Assembly (NCBI RefSeq): GCF_018977255.1
Contig: NW_024704807.1
Location: 186,001-250,000, forward strand
From: Callorhinchus milii
Taxonomy: Eukaryota
Reading direction: 5' to 3'
Length of the DNA: 64,000 nucleotides
Shown one piece after another: positions 11,557 to 24,310 of this stretch; within the stretch, counting starts at the first letter, position 1, and the number at the start of each line of letters is the position of its first letter. The translations under genes were made by a program, and so were the position numbers. The notes under the pieces were generated by a model that saw only the letters and a list, made by a program, of their open reading frames with translations, did not search any database and was not told the DNA's origin.

Positions 11557-11629
11557 TATGAAACGCTTTGAGACGTCTCGAAAACGTGAAAAGGCGGTCT
11601 GTCAAAACGAAATGGTTGTTATCATTCAG

Positions 11630-12075
11630 GTCAGGAGGACGTCCAAAAGCGCTGGACGGACAAGTATTTCTTCTCGAGCTGGTGTTCTGGATCAAAGAGG
11701 GTGGAGGAGAGTAAGCGTAGCAGTGTGCCTAAAGGCTCGTTCGAAGTGAAGGGATTTAAGACGCGCCTTGAAGTAGACAAGGGCGGGAGAGAGGCGAAGG
11801 GCATTGGGATGGGGATGTGTAGGTTAGGGGCAGAAAGTCTGAATACCCGGCCGCCGATGGTAGGACAGGTCGGGCGTGGGACATGGAGCAGACCGGAGCC
11901 TTCTGAGCGGAGGAAGCCGACAGATTTGAGCCTTGAATTTGAGGACGAGAATTTTTAATTCTATCCTCTGGGGGATAGGGAGCCAATCGAGCCGGGCAAT
12001 GTTGGGGGTGAATGGGTCAAGCAGCTTTCTGGGGAAGAGGACCTGAGGTGCAGAACTCTGGAGGTCTGCAGCTTT
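11630..12075 (-). mobile_element. L2 LINE 3' fragment
   Basis: Encodes [19 protein letters not shown], matching the C-terminus of the L2 ORF at 32352-35147. Confidence 0.85.
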
Positions 12076-13098
12076 GTGATTGGAAGAGTTGGAAATATCG
12101 ACTAGAAGGGAGTTGGTGTGTCGAGCCTTGTCGAGCTCATTTCTGCAGTTGCACAATTCGATTAAACTTCGTCAGTTTTAATCTCCCTCCCAAATTAAAC
12201 GCAAAACAACTGATCATAATTGGCGTTTAAAAAATCTAACAAATTTATTATCGCATTGAGATCAACTTGAGGGCGACAGCTTATTTGGGATGAAAACAGT
12301 GAAATAGAAAAAGGGTCACACAAATTGTTTCTTGAGCAATCTAAGCCTTTTGTTATTCATGCTTAAGACTCGGTTTGTACATTTCAGCTGAAGCAGCACT
12401 AGTTTATGAATGTACCAAAGTCAACCGTCACAAGAAGCACCTGTTATTGCTGCCAACGAAGTTAGTTACAGAAAGGAACGTGACAAGTTATGCAAGTTGC
12501 AGTTCATGTTATGTGTGGCTTTAGTGCGCCATCTGCTGGTGGATTGCCTCTACAGCACGTCTTAACTGTCAAGGTCCTACCTGCTCCAGGGAAATTTATT
12601 TCTTAGTCTCATTTCACTGCTCGTTCCTCATAGTGTCTGAGCTACACTGGAATTTTCGGCTCCAATCACCTTCACAAACTTTTACTCTAACGAGTCTCTG
12701 ATTTTATTTGTTCCCACACTTTAATTTTATTCTTCGCTCTTTTCCTGTAGTCTTGAGTAATAATTTTCTGAACATTGAGCCTGGATTGAACACTTACGTG
12801 ATAGAAAAAACACGTTTACAATTATGGAGCTCCAGTCACATCAGGAGAATGCCCCAAGGCGCTGACTACACAATGTATAAAACACGAAATAATCTTCATT
12901 TTTCTTCTTTACATATATGGGTATCCTTTAGTTACTGACATGGTCCAGTCAGGACATTTGTTTAGTTAGTGCTTCGTTTCCAGGCACTAATCGAACCTAT
13001 TGTACCAGCTCAACATGAAATGCTCTGCCGGGTCCACCGATTTGGTATCGTTTGCAAGGCGAATACTCTAACCCCGGAGCTACAGGACTCCAAATGGC

Positions 13099-13144
13099 AG
13101 TTTTTGTAGGGTGCAAACGCTGATCTGTGCCTTAGCGCACAGTG
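13099..13144 (-). pseudogene. V 3'-end relic with orphan nonamer and spacer, heptamer deleted
   Basis: Aligns to 15110-15165 with a ~10-nt deletion removing the heptamer; the rest of the V is replaced by a SINE. Confidence 0.7.
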
Positions 13145-13148
13145 ATGT

Positions 13149-13478
13149 AATGATAATAATAATAATAATAATCCTTGCATTTGATATAGCGCTTTTCACG
13201 TCGGGAGGACGTCCCAAAGCGCTTCATAGAGCACACTGTAAAGTGAATTGACTGTATATTTGTGGGCAAACGCGGCAGCCAATTGCGCACAGCAATGTCC
13301 CACAAACAGTCGTAGATTGAAAATGACCAATTTATTATTGTTTTGTTTTGGAGGGATTATTATTAGGCTCTGTGTGGAGTAAGGAAACTTGCCCAAGGTT
13401 TGGCCCTCTGCCTGGAATTGAACTCAGGTCTCTCACTTGCAAAGCGAGTGCTCTAACCACTGAGCTGCAGGACTCCAC
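13149..13478 (-). mobile_element. tRNA-Ala-derived SINE
   Basis: Full-length copy of the SINE consensus, reverse strand. Confidence 0.92.
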
Positions 13479-15109
13479 AGATACCCAGCGGAATCGTATC
13501 TGCTGGCGTTTGGAAGCCAGTGGATCTGGGCTCGTATGGAGGCATAGAATCTTGATCCACCAAAAAAGAATTTACTTTACAGTATTATCCATGAAGCGAT
13601 TTGAGACGTCTCAAAGTGGTCATGCGGTGCTATAGCAAATGCAAGGATTATTGTCATTATGGTGAATGCATTCATTTGGTTGAAGTTGAACCATGCAGCC
13701 CAGCCATCAGGAATACATTTTTACTTTCTATCATGAAGGCTGGGGTGGCAACCTACCTCTCTTGGTGTTACTTTCTCTTAGGTGTCAGAATGTTTTTCGC
13801 TCAGGATCCCATTCTGCACCATGATCTCAGTCTGGACTGCAATTCTTATTCAGGCAGTTTGAGGGCTGTAGCATGAATTAGCTCTAGGTAAACGCCATCG
13901 CTCGCTTCAGGAATATCTGTGGGGAAATTAATTTATGAAGATTGCCTGTTGTGATTGCCCACAAAATATCTACATTTATTTTTGACAGCAGCTAGTTTCA
14001 TCATTTTGGTTACACCTGCAACATGAAAGGCACTATATCAAAGGCAAGAATTGTTATTATTATAATTACTGTCAAGTCCTGTTTGGAATTGAGTCCAGAG
14101 TCAGGGAATGTCCATCTAAGACAGTTCTTCATTTCCTAAATTAAACGAAGCCATGTCAATTTTAATCTGCTTACCAAAGTAAACCAAAACAAACCACTTA
14201 ACAATATATAGTACATGTATTAGCGCAGTGAGATCCAGTTAAGTGCTTCCGCTTATTTGGGCGAAAGATAATAATATAAAAAATAATAAAATTAAATTGC
14301 TTCTTGAGCTACCCACTGCCATGCTTTGGATACACCTCTGTACATTACAGTTGAAGCACCAATAGGTTTTGTGAGGGAACTATGCCAACAGTCAGAGGAA
14401 GCACCTGTTATTGCAGCCAAGTAAGTTATTTACAAAAAGAAACGTGGCAAGTTTTGTAAGTTGCAGCTGATGAAATATGTGTATTTAGTGACTCATCTTC
14501 TTGTTAGACGTAGCTACGGCAGTTGTACAACTGGAACCATTTGAAAGCAAATTGATCTCATCCCCACTTTAATTTCCCGGTTGTGAATGGCGATATAAAA
14601 ATGAAAGTTGTTGTTTTTCATGCTTTCCTACATACTGAAGCAGCACAGAAAGACATGCACGTGTATCGAGACTCACATGAAAGCAAGTCGTTTAAAATTA
14701 TCTCAGTGACTATATCTTGATTGTATTTAATGATAATAGTCATTGCATTCTTGCGTTTGTTAAGCGCCTTATCACGTATTCGAGACGTTTCTATTCTTCG
14801 TAGAATACGCTGCAAACTAATCGAAGCACACTTTGTGTGTGAAAAGCGGAAGCTAATTTCCGCACATCAGTGCACCAATGGATTGAGTGACAAATATATT
14901 ATCATTATTATTATTTTGAAGGAAATATTACCACTGGAACGAACTGACAATCGACTAACAAGCGGCTGACTACTGACAGCAACCTAAACAGAGACGAGTG
15001 TGTGGAGTAAGGAAACTTGCCCAATGATTCGTTCCGCTGGCAATTTAACCCACGTCTCTCGATTGCGAGGCGAGTGCTGTAACCTCTCAGCTACAGGAAC
15101 TCACATGGC

Positions 15110-15148
15110 AGTTTTTGTAGGGCGCAATCGCTGATCTGTGCCTCTGTG
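15110..15148 (-). other. 23-RSS (variant heptamer)
   Basis: CACAGAG, 23 nt, ACAAAAACT. Confidence 0.88.
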
Positions 15149-15776
15149 GGGCTCAGTGCACAGTAGTACCCCGCGGAGTCTGTCACTCTCACGTGTAATA
15201 CTTTCAATTGGACGGTTCTTCCCATTTCATCCACATTCGCTGAGAAACGCTCTTTTGCAAAGTCTGCATTTTGCTTGATCCTGTTGTTGGAGGATGTGCT
15301 GAGGATAAATTCTGGAGATTTGTTGGGAAATTGACGGTACCAGAACAGATAGTTATTGGTGGTGCTTGCAGCTGTATAATTACACTGCAGATAAACAAAC
15401 TCCCCTTCATTCACTGTCACAGTAGATTGCAGCTGTGTCACAGAATCTCCTCCACAATGTCCTCGGAACACACACACATCAGCGATCAACAGCAATAATA
15501 ATATTTGTATTAGTACTTGGATTCGATATAGACGCATGTCGCATAGTTTATCTCCATATCCCTTAATCCCTCTATCTTTTAGAAACCTATCAATCTCTGT
15601 CTTGAACCTGTACATGGACTGAGCATCCGCAGCCTTTTGCGGTAGAGAATTTCATAAAAGCCATAAATAAAACATAAACATTTGATAATATATGCAGGAA
15701 ACAGGCGGGTAGAGTTAGTTTATCGTTTACCTGATAGGGTAATGATCACTGCTACCACAGAGATGTACATCGTCAT
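15149..15776 (-). CDS. TRAV/TRDV: TCR alpha/delta V gene (leader 15731-15776, V exon 15149-15461)
   Basis: Leader MTMYISVVAVIITLSG with donor GTAAAC. Exon HCGGDSVTQLQSTV..LQCNY..FWYRQ..DSAGYYCALSP. The acceptor is GAG. Confidence 0.88.
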
Positions 15777-17469
15777 ATGTATTTAGTGGCACAGGGCGTT
15801 GAGGGAGGGTTGATGGTGTTGTTGGAAAATGTTGGCTGGGAGGCTGTAAGATACCGTGTGGAGGAATGAACAGGAAATAACCAACAGAAGTTACTTTTTA
15901 CTGTGAGTGAGCAGGTCTGAGGGTTATGCCCAAACCTTGTGTCTGTGTTATTATGCGTCATTTTCTCTGCTCTACCATATCGCTCCTCCATTGGTTCTCT
16001 CCAATCACTGATATGTCTTTGTTCAATCGGGTGCCTGAAACCTGCAACAAATTACACCCATTTTTAAGTTTATCAAAAGGTCAAACATGAGATGAGGATA
16101 TATATGCCATCTCTGGAGTTCTGTAGCTCACGGATTAAAGCCCTCGCCACACACCGAGAGATGTTGGTTCGATTACCGGCATGGCCATCTGTTGTTTAAA
16201 TTTCCTTACTCCACCGTCAACACTGTTTACCCCGTAGTAGGCAGGAATCTGTTAGTTAGTCGATTGCTGATTTACTTTCTGGGTATAAATATCCTGTTTC
16301 CCCTTCAAAATGCACAGCCAATATAATTTAGAGTATATTCGGTGAAGCATATTGAGACATCTCAGAGGCGAAATTATTCGCTCTATTCAATGTCAAGGTT
16401 TATTGCAACATAGATAATCAAAAGAAGGCAGGAAGGGGTATTCAGTGGAAGCCACTGAGTGTGTGCAGATGGCAAGACAATGACCTAATATGTGTTGGCT
16501 TCACGTCCCCGGGGGCAGCTGTCAATTTGGTAACGAAGTGAAACGAGGCATTGAGAGGGTTCAAAGTGAAAGGGTAGGAGCCACATTTCGTCAGCAGTTT
16601 CTCAGCTTTCTCACCCCCAATTAGTTGAGAGTTTTCTTCTTGCCACTCTCCGCTCAAGGCTACTGGGTTACAGCAGTTTGGGGACAAAACACAAGTTTCT
16701 TAGCATCATTCAATTCTACAAGCTACTGCGTTGTACTATTTATTTCGATGAATGAGACTTCACAGATTCACATTTATTTTTCTTAACCGGTGTCTGACCC
16801 ATGTGGGGACACCCATAGCCATTCTTTTTTTAATATCCAAACCAACCTGTGTGTTATAATAATCGCCAATGCCTTTCATATCAAACCTGATCACTTTTTC
16901 GAGTAGTCTATACGAACTTCGCAGGAAACAGTGTATCGACAGTGTATTTTGTAGACAACAACTTGTAGCTACGTGCACACAGCAGTGTCTCGCAAACAGT
17001 CTTCGATCGAGTGATCAACTTTTATAATCGACTAAAAGCGATTATCCAAACTCCTATCAACCGGATTCCTATTTCCGGCTCAGTAAAGCAATACAGATAT
17101 AATAAACCTTGCATTTGATACAGTCCTTGATCACGTCTTCGTGACATTATGCAGCATTTCGTAGGTTGTACTGTGTAGGGAATTGACTGTGTCTGTTATG
17201 GGATAAATACGGCAGCCGAATGCACCCAGCAGTGTTCCACATAATCTTGTGGAATGAAGTGAATTTCTCTTTTCTTTTTAAAGCAATTATTAACCCCGGA
17301 AAAGCGATCTGCCAGTCAACTAACAGCCATGTTGCTACACACTGCGAGGTAAACAGACGTGTGTGCAGTAACAAAAGTAGCACAACATTTTGCCCGAACG
17401 GAAACCGAACCCAGGCCCTCACGCTTGCGAGGCGAGAGCTCTAAATATTGAGCTACAGTAAACCCAACA

Positions 17470-17508
17470 TGTTTTTGTACAGGTCCCTCTTAGACACACA
17501 TCACTGTG
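17470..17508 (-). other. 23-RSS
   Basis: CACAGTG, 23 nt, ACAAAAACA. Confidence 0.93.
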
Positions 17509-17964
17509 CTTTCCGCACAGAAGTAAATGGCGGTGTCTGACATTCGCACATCTTCGATGGTTAGGGTGCAGTTTTTCTGTTTTCTCTCAGCCAAAGCTCT
17601 TATCCTGTCCTTCATATTTACGTCGCTTTTTCCCAAAACCAAAAAGCGAATGGAGCCTTTTCCATGTTGTTTGTACCAATGGAAGAAAGGGTTGTTCACA
17701 GTGGTACTGCATTCCATAGAAACATTTCCATTTTCATTCACTGTCACGGCTTGAGGTGTCTGTGAGACATCGCTTTCAGCCAAATCACCTGGAAAATAAT
17801 AATAAAAATTCTTGGATAGAAATTCAGAAGTTATCTACCAACGTTAATTTGGAATTATTTAGCAGGAAAACAACTGAGCCTTTGTCAGAACTCGCACGCT
17901 ACTTACACAGTAGAAATAATATCAGCTTCAAAATAATATATTTTGCTTTGTAAATCTGCTTCAT
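17509..17964 (-). CDS. TRAV/TRDV: TCR alpha/delta V gene (leader 17907-17964, V exon 17509-17788), paralog of 5421-5879
   Basis: Leader MKQIYKAKYIILKLILFLL with donor GTAAGT. Exon DLAESDVSQTPQ..MEC..HWY..DTAIYFCAES. Confidence 0.9.
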
Positions 17965-19585
17965 TCTTAATTGTCTTCGATTCACGTCAATATCTTCATT
18001 TGAAATGAAACGACAAATTATCAAAATGCAGCGTCTGGTTGTAAACATTTGTCCACTGGAAGAGTTGTCTCTTATCCCCGCCTCATTGTCTTGTCTCTGT
18101 TCATTGCTGGAGGTGTATTACGACTCCTCCTACCGTTTATGTTCAGATTCCCTTCTCCTCGCTGTCGTAAACTATAGTAATGTGTGAAAGAGGCAGTGCA
18201 GACAGACCTAGTTACAAAGACTCAAGGAAATATAAAATTATAATAATAATAATTCTTGCATTTGATATAGCGCTATCAGCTCTTGGATACATCTCGAAAT
18301 GTTTTACAGAATATAAAATTAATTTTAGAGTGAAGCTGGGCAGGCAGTTGCGCACAGCAGTGCAGCGCAAACAGTCATTGAATAAATGACCAATTTGTCA
18401 CTTTTTAACGGTATTATTGCCCCGGCAATCTGTCCGCTATTCGACGAATAACCGCGTTCCTGCGTTCGGTTAAACAGAATGATGTGGAGTAAGGAAATTT
18501 GCACAACATTTCGCAATGATGAGAACCGTAACCTTGTATTCTGGTCGCGAGTCGAGTGTTCTAACCACCAACTTGTAGGAGCAACACGTACGTTGGCAAA
18601 GTGCCAAGATTTGGTAATTGGTAGACTTCAGGAATAGTGTACGAAGAATCTTGTGATTAAGCGAATGAGCTCAAAAGTTTCTCTGGATTCCGTAGAAACC
18701 AGGTTTAGGATACTTTCGGATATAAGGAAGAGGTTTTCCAGTAATAGTGGGAGCAGAACAGTCGGAGAATCCTGATATACTCTTACATTGTGTCGACTGA
18801 TCGCCTACAATTTGTAATCAACTTTGTTTCCAATACTCTGCGTTTCGAGTATATCTGTTGTTCAGAATGGAAAATGCAACCAAGCAATGGGATGCGGTTG
18901 AAAACCTGCTGAATATGATTAGAAGTGGGGAACAGAAACATGCTTTATTGAACCACTTTCACAGGCTACAGTGATGTCTGGTCAAAATATCAGAGCACCA
19001 GTGACACCCAGTGGTCAGACAGCGAAATATATTTCTTACTTTGAATTCATAAATGTTTTCATTTGGTGACATGCCAGGACGTTGAGACGTCTCATTTGCT
19101 TTGCAGAATATACAGTACAGTCTTGTGATTTTGTAATTTTGGGGGTAAAAAGTAATAATATATTGCCCACAAATAGTTATGGATTGATTGAGTGAACACA
19201 TTTTTTTTCAATAAATTGATGCTAATGGTAAAGCCATCCGCCAGTCGACTAACATATTCATATTACTGCTAGGTATACAGAGGCATGCATGTGGAGCAAA
19301 TAAATTAGGCCACTGTTTAATCCCACCCGGGAATCGAACCCAGTCCTGTTGCTTGCGATGTAAATACTCTAACCTGCAACCAATGACTACAGGACTTCCG
19401 ACATGTTCCACTCTAATCTATTACAACGATCATGTTTTAAGCGCCGCTTGCATTATAAAAGAATAAACAATACTTTTTCATGCGTCTCCAAAGACTTGAC
19501 CGGTTTTCTCTGTATTTAAACAGATATAAAGTCAGTTTTATGCAATGGCGCCCACTGGCGGTTGAGCAGCAAAACAACCATTTGG

Positions 19586-19624
19586 AGTTTTTGTACGGAG
19601 TCGCCATAGCTCGGCAGCAGTGTG
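19586..19624 (-). other. 23-RSS
   Basis: CACACTG, 23 nt, ACAAAAACT. Confidence 0.9.
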
Positions 19625-20409
19625 GGCTCTTTGGCGCAGTAATACACGGCACTGTCACTGATAAGGACGGTGACAATACTCAGTTCGAAATCTTCTTTAG
19701 TTTTATTGACTTTGGAGGAAAATCGATCTTGGAAGTCAGGGCTCATATAATCCTTCCCTGCAACAGAGTAAAGTATGTAGACAGGAGCGTTTCTGGAAGC
19801 TTGTCGGTACCAGTAAAGATAGTTGGCATCACTGATTTTCTTTAAGGTGCAGGATAATTTCACATCCTTTCCCTCTTCAACTGGTATTTCAGCAATCGGT
19901 TGATTCCCAATGTCTTGCAGGCTTTTTCCTGGGATTTAAAAGAAAATATTGTTGAGCAGCAAGATTGTCTTCTGTGGATTGCTGCAGTGTAGTGTTGAGA
20001 GCAATCGCCCCACAAGCAAGTGGATCTGGCTTTTATAGCAGGGCAGAGCGAAAGCTTAGGCAACTTTACTTGCTCCATACGCATCTGTTTACCAAGCAGT
20101 AAATAGAAACAAGTTTGCTATTCGATTGGCATCTCTCTTTACCAGCGGTAATTAGCCCTTCAATGATATATCAATGATAAAATAGATAATAATTTGGACA
20201 CTCAATCGATGAGACTATTTGATCAAAAGAGCTGCTGACAATCGTCTCGAATATATGGAAAGGCGCAACATCTAATCAAAGGATTATTAATGGTACATTG
20301 TTGTAAAAGGTATACCAAGATGTTAAGAAAAAAAGATACACAAAAGATACTAACGGCAAAGTAAGCTGAGAGTGATTGAGAGCACAGCACATGTCTCCCA
20401 CATGAACAT
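19625..20409 (-). CDS. TRAV/TRDV: TCR alpha/delta V gene (leader 20355-20409, V exon 19625-19928), paralog of 7694-8471
   Basis: Leader MFMWETCAVLSITLSLLC with donor GTTAGT. Exon KSLQDIGNQ..KLSC..YWYRQ..DSAVYYCAKEP. Confidence 0.9.
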
Positions 20410-20469
20410 CCTGATCCCGTGTCTGACATTAACTCCCCAATGTGGATTGATGGGGCTTTTGGGCTCAGT

Positions 20470-20720
20470 AGCCACACAGTCACTGCCCCGCCCACACAGA
20501 GCCCCGCCCACACAGCCACTGCCACGCCCGCAGTGCCACGTCACTCAGTCACTGCCCCGCCCGCACTGAGCCACGCCCACACAGCCACTGCCACGCCCAC
20601 AGAAATACGTCACTCAGACTATGCCCCGCCCGCACTGAGCCGCATCGCCCAATCACTGCCGTTGCATTACAGCGCCCCGACCACACAGCGCCCCGCCCAC
20701 TCCACTCCCCCCACGCAAAC
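20470..20720. repeat. GC-box-rich degenerate minisatellite upstream of V leader
   Basis: Repeats of cactcagtcactgccccgccc.. and cacagccactgccacgccc. Confidence 0.8.
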
Positions 20721-21013
20721 ACACAGAGTGCCACAAAATCTATTCACTCAAACCACAAAGTTTTGCGGGACACTGCTGTGCACAAATGGTATAAAACAAT
20801 ACAATCTCTCCACTTTTCAACGTATTCTTTGAAGAGCTTTGAGACGTCTCAACGACATAATATGGCAGTATATCAAATGCTCCGTTTGCTTCTATTATCA
20901 TTAATATTACACGGTTCAATAAGACATGCCCTTACAAATGTTTTTTCTATTCGTGTTTCAGAAATGCTTTTATCAAGTACAGCCTTTGTCATTTAGTCGA
21001 TACGCCTCAAATC

Positions 21014-21313
21014 GTGGAGTCCTGAAGCTCAGTGGTTAGAGCACTCGCTTTGCAAGTGAGAGACCTGAGTTCAATTCCAGGCAGAGGGCGAAACCTTGGG
21101 CAAGTTTCCTTACTGCACACAGAGCCTAATAATAATCCCTCCAAAACCAAAAATAATAATAATAAATTGGTCATTTTCAATCTACGACTGTTTGTGGGAC
21201 ATTTCTGTGCGCAATAGGCTGCCGCGTTCGCCCACAAATATCCAGTCAATTCATTTTACAGTGTGTTCTGGGAACGTCCTCCCGACGTGAAAAGCGCTAT
21301 ATCGAATGCAAGG

Positions 21314-21357
<44 letters not shown>
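21014..21357 (+). mobile_element. tRNA-Ala-derived SINE
   Basis: Full consensus with a long (TTA)n tail; absent from the paralogous block near 9270. Confidence 0.92.
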
Positions 21358-21358
<1 letters not shown>

Positions 21359-23194
21359 AATCTCTTCGCAAGTTGACCTCCAATTTGTATACAACACTTT
21401 CCCGCAAACAGCTATGAATGAAAGATGAATTCAACCGATCGAAAGTCTGTCCAGAGACCGGTGGTAAACCTTGTTCTTTCTCGAGCAGAGTAATGGCATC
21501 ATTATAGTCCCTTCATGCAAGCCGCCAGGACCTGGGTTTAATGTCTCCTCGGTAGGACAAGATTCACCGACATTACAGACAGCCAGGCCTGCCTGGAGTG
21601 TCAGCCCAGAACATCAGAACATAATCTAATATATATATCACAGTGAGAACTTCAGCCGCTTTTGAATGTTTCAGTTGCGGGACGAAATATCAATGATCTT
21701 TTCAAATTATATAGTAATAAACTTATTAAATAGCTTAATATTCACGTTTAATGTAATTGGCTGAACAAGCAATGAGGAGGGGAGAAATATTTTTTTTCAT
21801 AGAGCGAGATATTCTGATCTTGAATGCATTGCCTGAAAGTGTGGCAGAAGCCGATACTATAACAACTTTCAAGAGAGAATTGCGACACCGTTGAGAAAAC
21901 AATTTAAGAACGGCTGCTATTTGGGAAAAAGGTAATAATAATAAATATGTGACATAGAACTTGTTTCCTTAGCAACCTAAGCCTTGTGTTATAAGTTTAG
22001 GCAAATCTCTTTGGTTAATTATATTATTTGACTGAAGACTTCGCTGACTTTGATAATTTTACACAAGTGTCACAACAAGTTTGCATTTATGGAAGTCCGT
22101 TCTCGTCAAGAGGATGACCCAAGACAAATGTGTTCACTAGAGCTAAAATAAAAAGTAACCTTAATTCATCTTCTTTAACATAAAAACACTAAACTGTTTT
22201 CTTTCTCTGGTGACTCGCTGAACAGAATGTAGATTTGTTTGGTGTTTTTTTTATTTCCTAATATCAAGTTAATCTGTGATAACTGCACAACCTGGAATGA
22301 ATACATCTGTAATCCAAACATGACTAGTCGAACATTCTCATGGTCATATTTGAGTCCTGGATCTCTACGTGTTTCTATGGCCAGAAATGTGGCAGCGTTA
22401 ATTGCAGACAGTCGGGAAATTATACGTGTGTTTCCTCACTGTGAGTAGCATTTGGCCATGAAGCTGCGTAAAATTCTGGTTCAGTCCTTCCTCTTTGATT
22501 CTACTTACCCCTCCTCTGAAAGCACCTGAAGTCCTTGATTTAGGCCTGTGTCTCCTGTCACCAGCCTTTTTCCCTGGTTCTGTCTCAAGCTCTACCATTT
22601 GAATGCGCTACAAAACGCAGAAGTAGGACATTCAGCCACTTGAGCCAGTTCCAAGGTTATATTACATGAATGCAGATCTATCCATCACATCCAATTATCC
22701 GTCTGGGCATCACATCCTTTGAAAGCCTGAGCTAAATTAAATCTATCAACCTAATTCTGGAAAATATTAAGGAATAAATGATACACAGCTTTTTTGTGTA
22801 AATCTTTCCAGACTTCCATAAAATTTTGCGTAGAATTTTTCTCACGATTTCTCACCTACTTGGCCGGGCTCTGGTTCTTTGATCATGTTCACTGGCTCTG
22901 CATTCCCCCAACCACCAAAAGAAACAGTTTCTCTCCAAGTAGAGGAAATAGCTCATCTGCAAACAACATAAATGAAACTTGTCAGTTTTGATGTTTTCTT
23001 ACTTACTAAAACACAACAGAAAGAACCATGCATGTCGCAGCGCTCCACAGAAAGCAAGAACTTTACAACTATTAGTCGAACAATAACATGACTAGAGTTT
23101 GTAACAATAAGAATAATAATCATTAGAAATTAACCAACCAAAACCACAGAGCTTGCTATTATGAACTCTGTCTGCTTTCTCTAGAATACAGTAT

Positions 23195-23594
23195 AATTAG
23201 GTGAGATCTTATTGAAGCAAATGCGATTCTTAAAGGACTGGATAATATAGAAACTGAGGGATTGTTTCACCTGGTCGGAGAATCTATAACCAGGTTTCAC
23301 AGTCTTAAAACTGAGGGTCAGACATTCAGAATGAGTTGAGGAAACATTTGTTCACTCAGAGGGCAATGAATTTATGGAGTTCACTGTTCCAGAAGGTTGT
23401 AGATGCTCAGTTCTTGAATATTTTGAAGGCTGAGACTGATAGATATTTNAAAAAAAGAGGGATTTGGGGATATGTGTATAGGGCAGTTAATTGGAGTGAA
23501 GTCAGAAGATCAGCCATGATCTTATCGAATGGCCGGGCAGGCTCGAGGTGCCGAAAGGCCTACTCCTGTTCCTAATTCTTATGTGCTTATGTTC
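23195..23594 (+). mobile_element. CR1-type LINE 3' end
   Basis: Degraded RT C-terminus (RKHLFTQRAMNLWSSL) and 3' tail gatcagccatgatcttatcgaatgg..ggcctactcctgttcctaattcttatg. Confidence 0.8.
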
Positions 23595-23796
23595 TTTCCT
23601 GTGTATCGTCCAGCTTGGACCACACAATCAGTTAAGGCTTTCGCTTACACGGTGAACAGGAGCCGAGTGGAATGATCCCACTTTCCCACTCAATGCTCTG
23701 CCCTTTCAGATCCTGCAATTGAGGCAGGATATCTGCCAGGAAAGCTGTCATCAGAAGATGTCTGTGGTATGAGTCTGTTTAAAGTTAAGTGCTTTT

Positions 23797-24060
23797 ACAA
23801 CAACAACAAGATTCCATTTATTGAGCGTCTTTCACGTGGGCAGGACGTCCCAAGGCGCTGCACAGTTGGGTCAGGACCCGAGCATTGGGGAGAAATGGTC
23901 AGGGCGAGGGGAGGGAAGGGAGGGAGCGAGGAGGGGGGAAATGGTCAGGGTGAGGGGAGGGAAGGGAGGGAGCGAGGAGGGGGGAAATGGTCAGGGTGAC
24001 GGGAGGGAAGGGAGGGAGCGAGAAGGGGGTAGAGAGTCGAGAGGGGAGCTGAAGGCTCGG
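23797..24060 (-). mobile_element. L2 LINE 3' end (same family as 31475-35299)
   Basis: Reverse complement of the 3' UTR, stem-loop and (TTG)n tail. Confidence 0.9.
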
Positions 24061-24310
24061 TTTATGTTGAAACTGATTGTATTCTCATTGATTGACATCG
24101 ACATTCAGCTGAATGTCGGATCGTCAATAATAACTGTACACTAACTCGTTTTCAAACAGAAAGGAAGAAAAAAACACGTTTCTCAAAGCCTCAAAGAGAG
24201 CATTGCGGAAACAGAGAAAAGCAAGACTTACTCCCAATGAGAAACTTGTGTTACATCCACACTAACCGCTGGGAGTTTTTGTTCAGTTTTGCCTGTATCG
24301 TGGTACTGTG

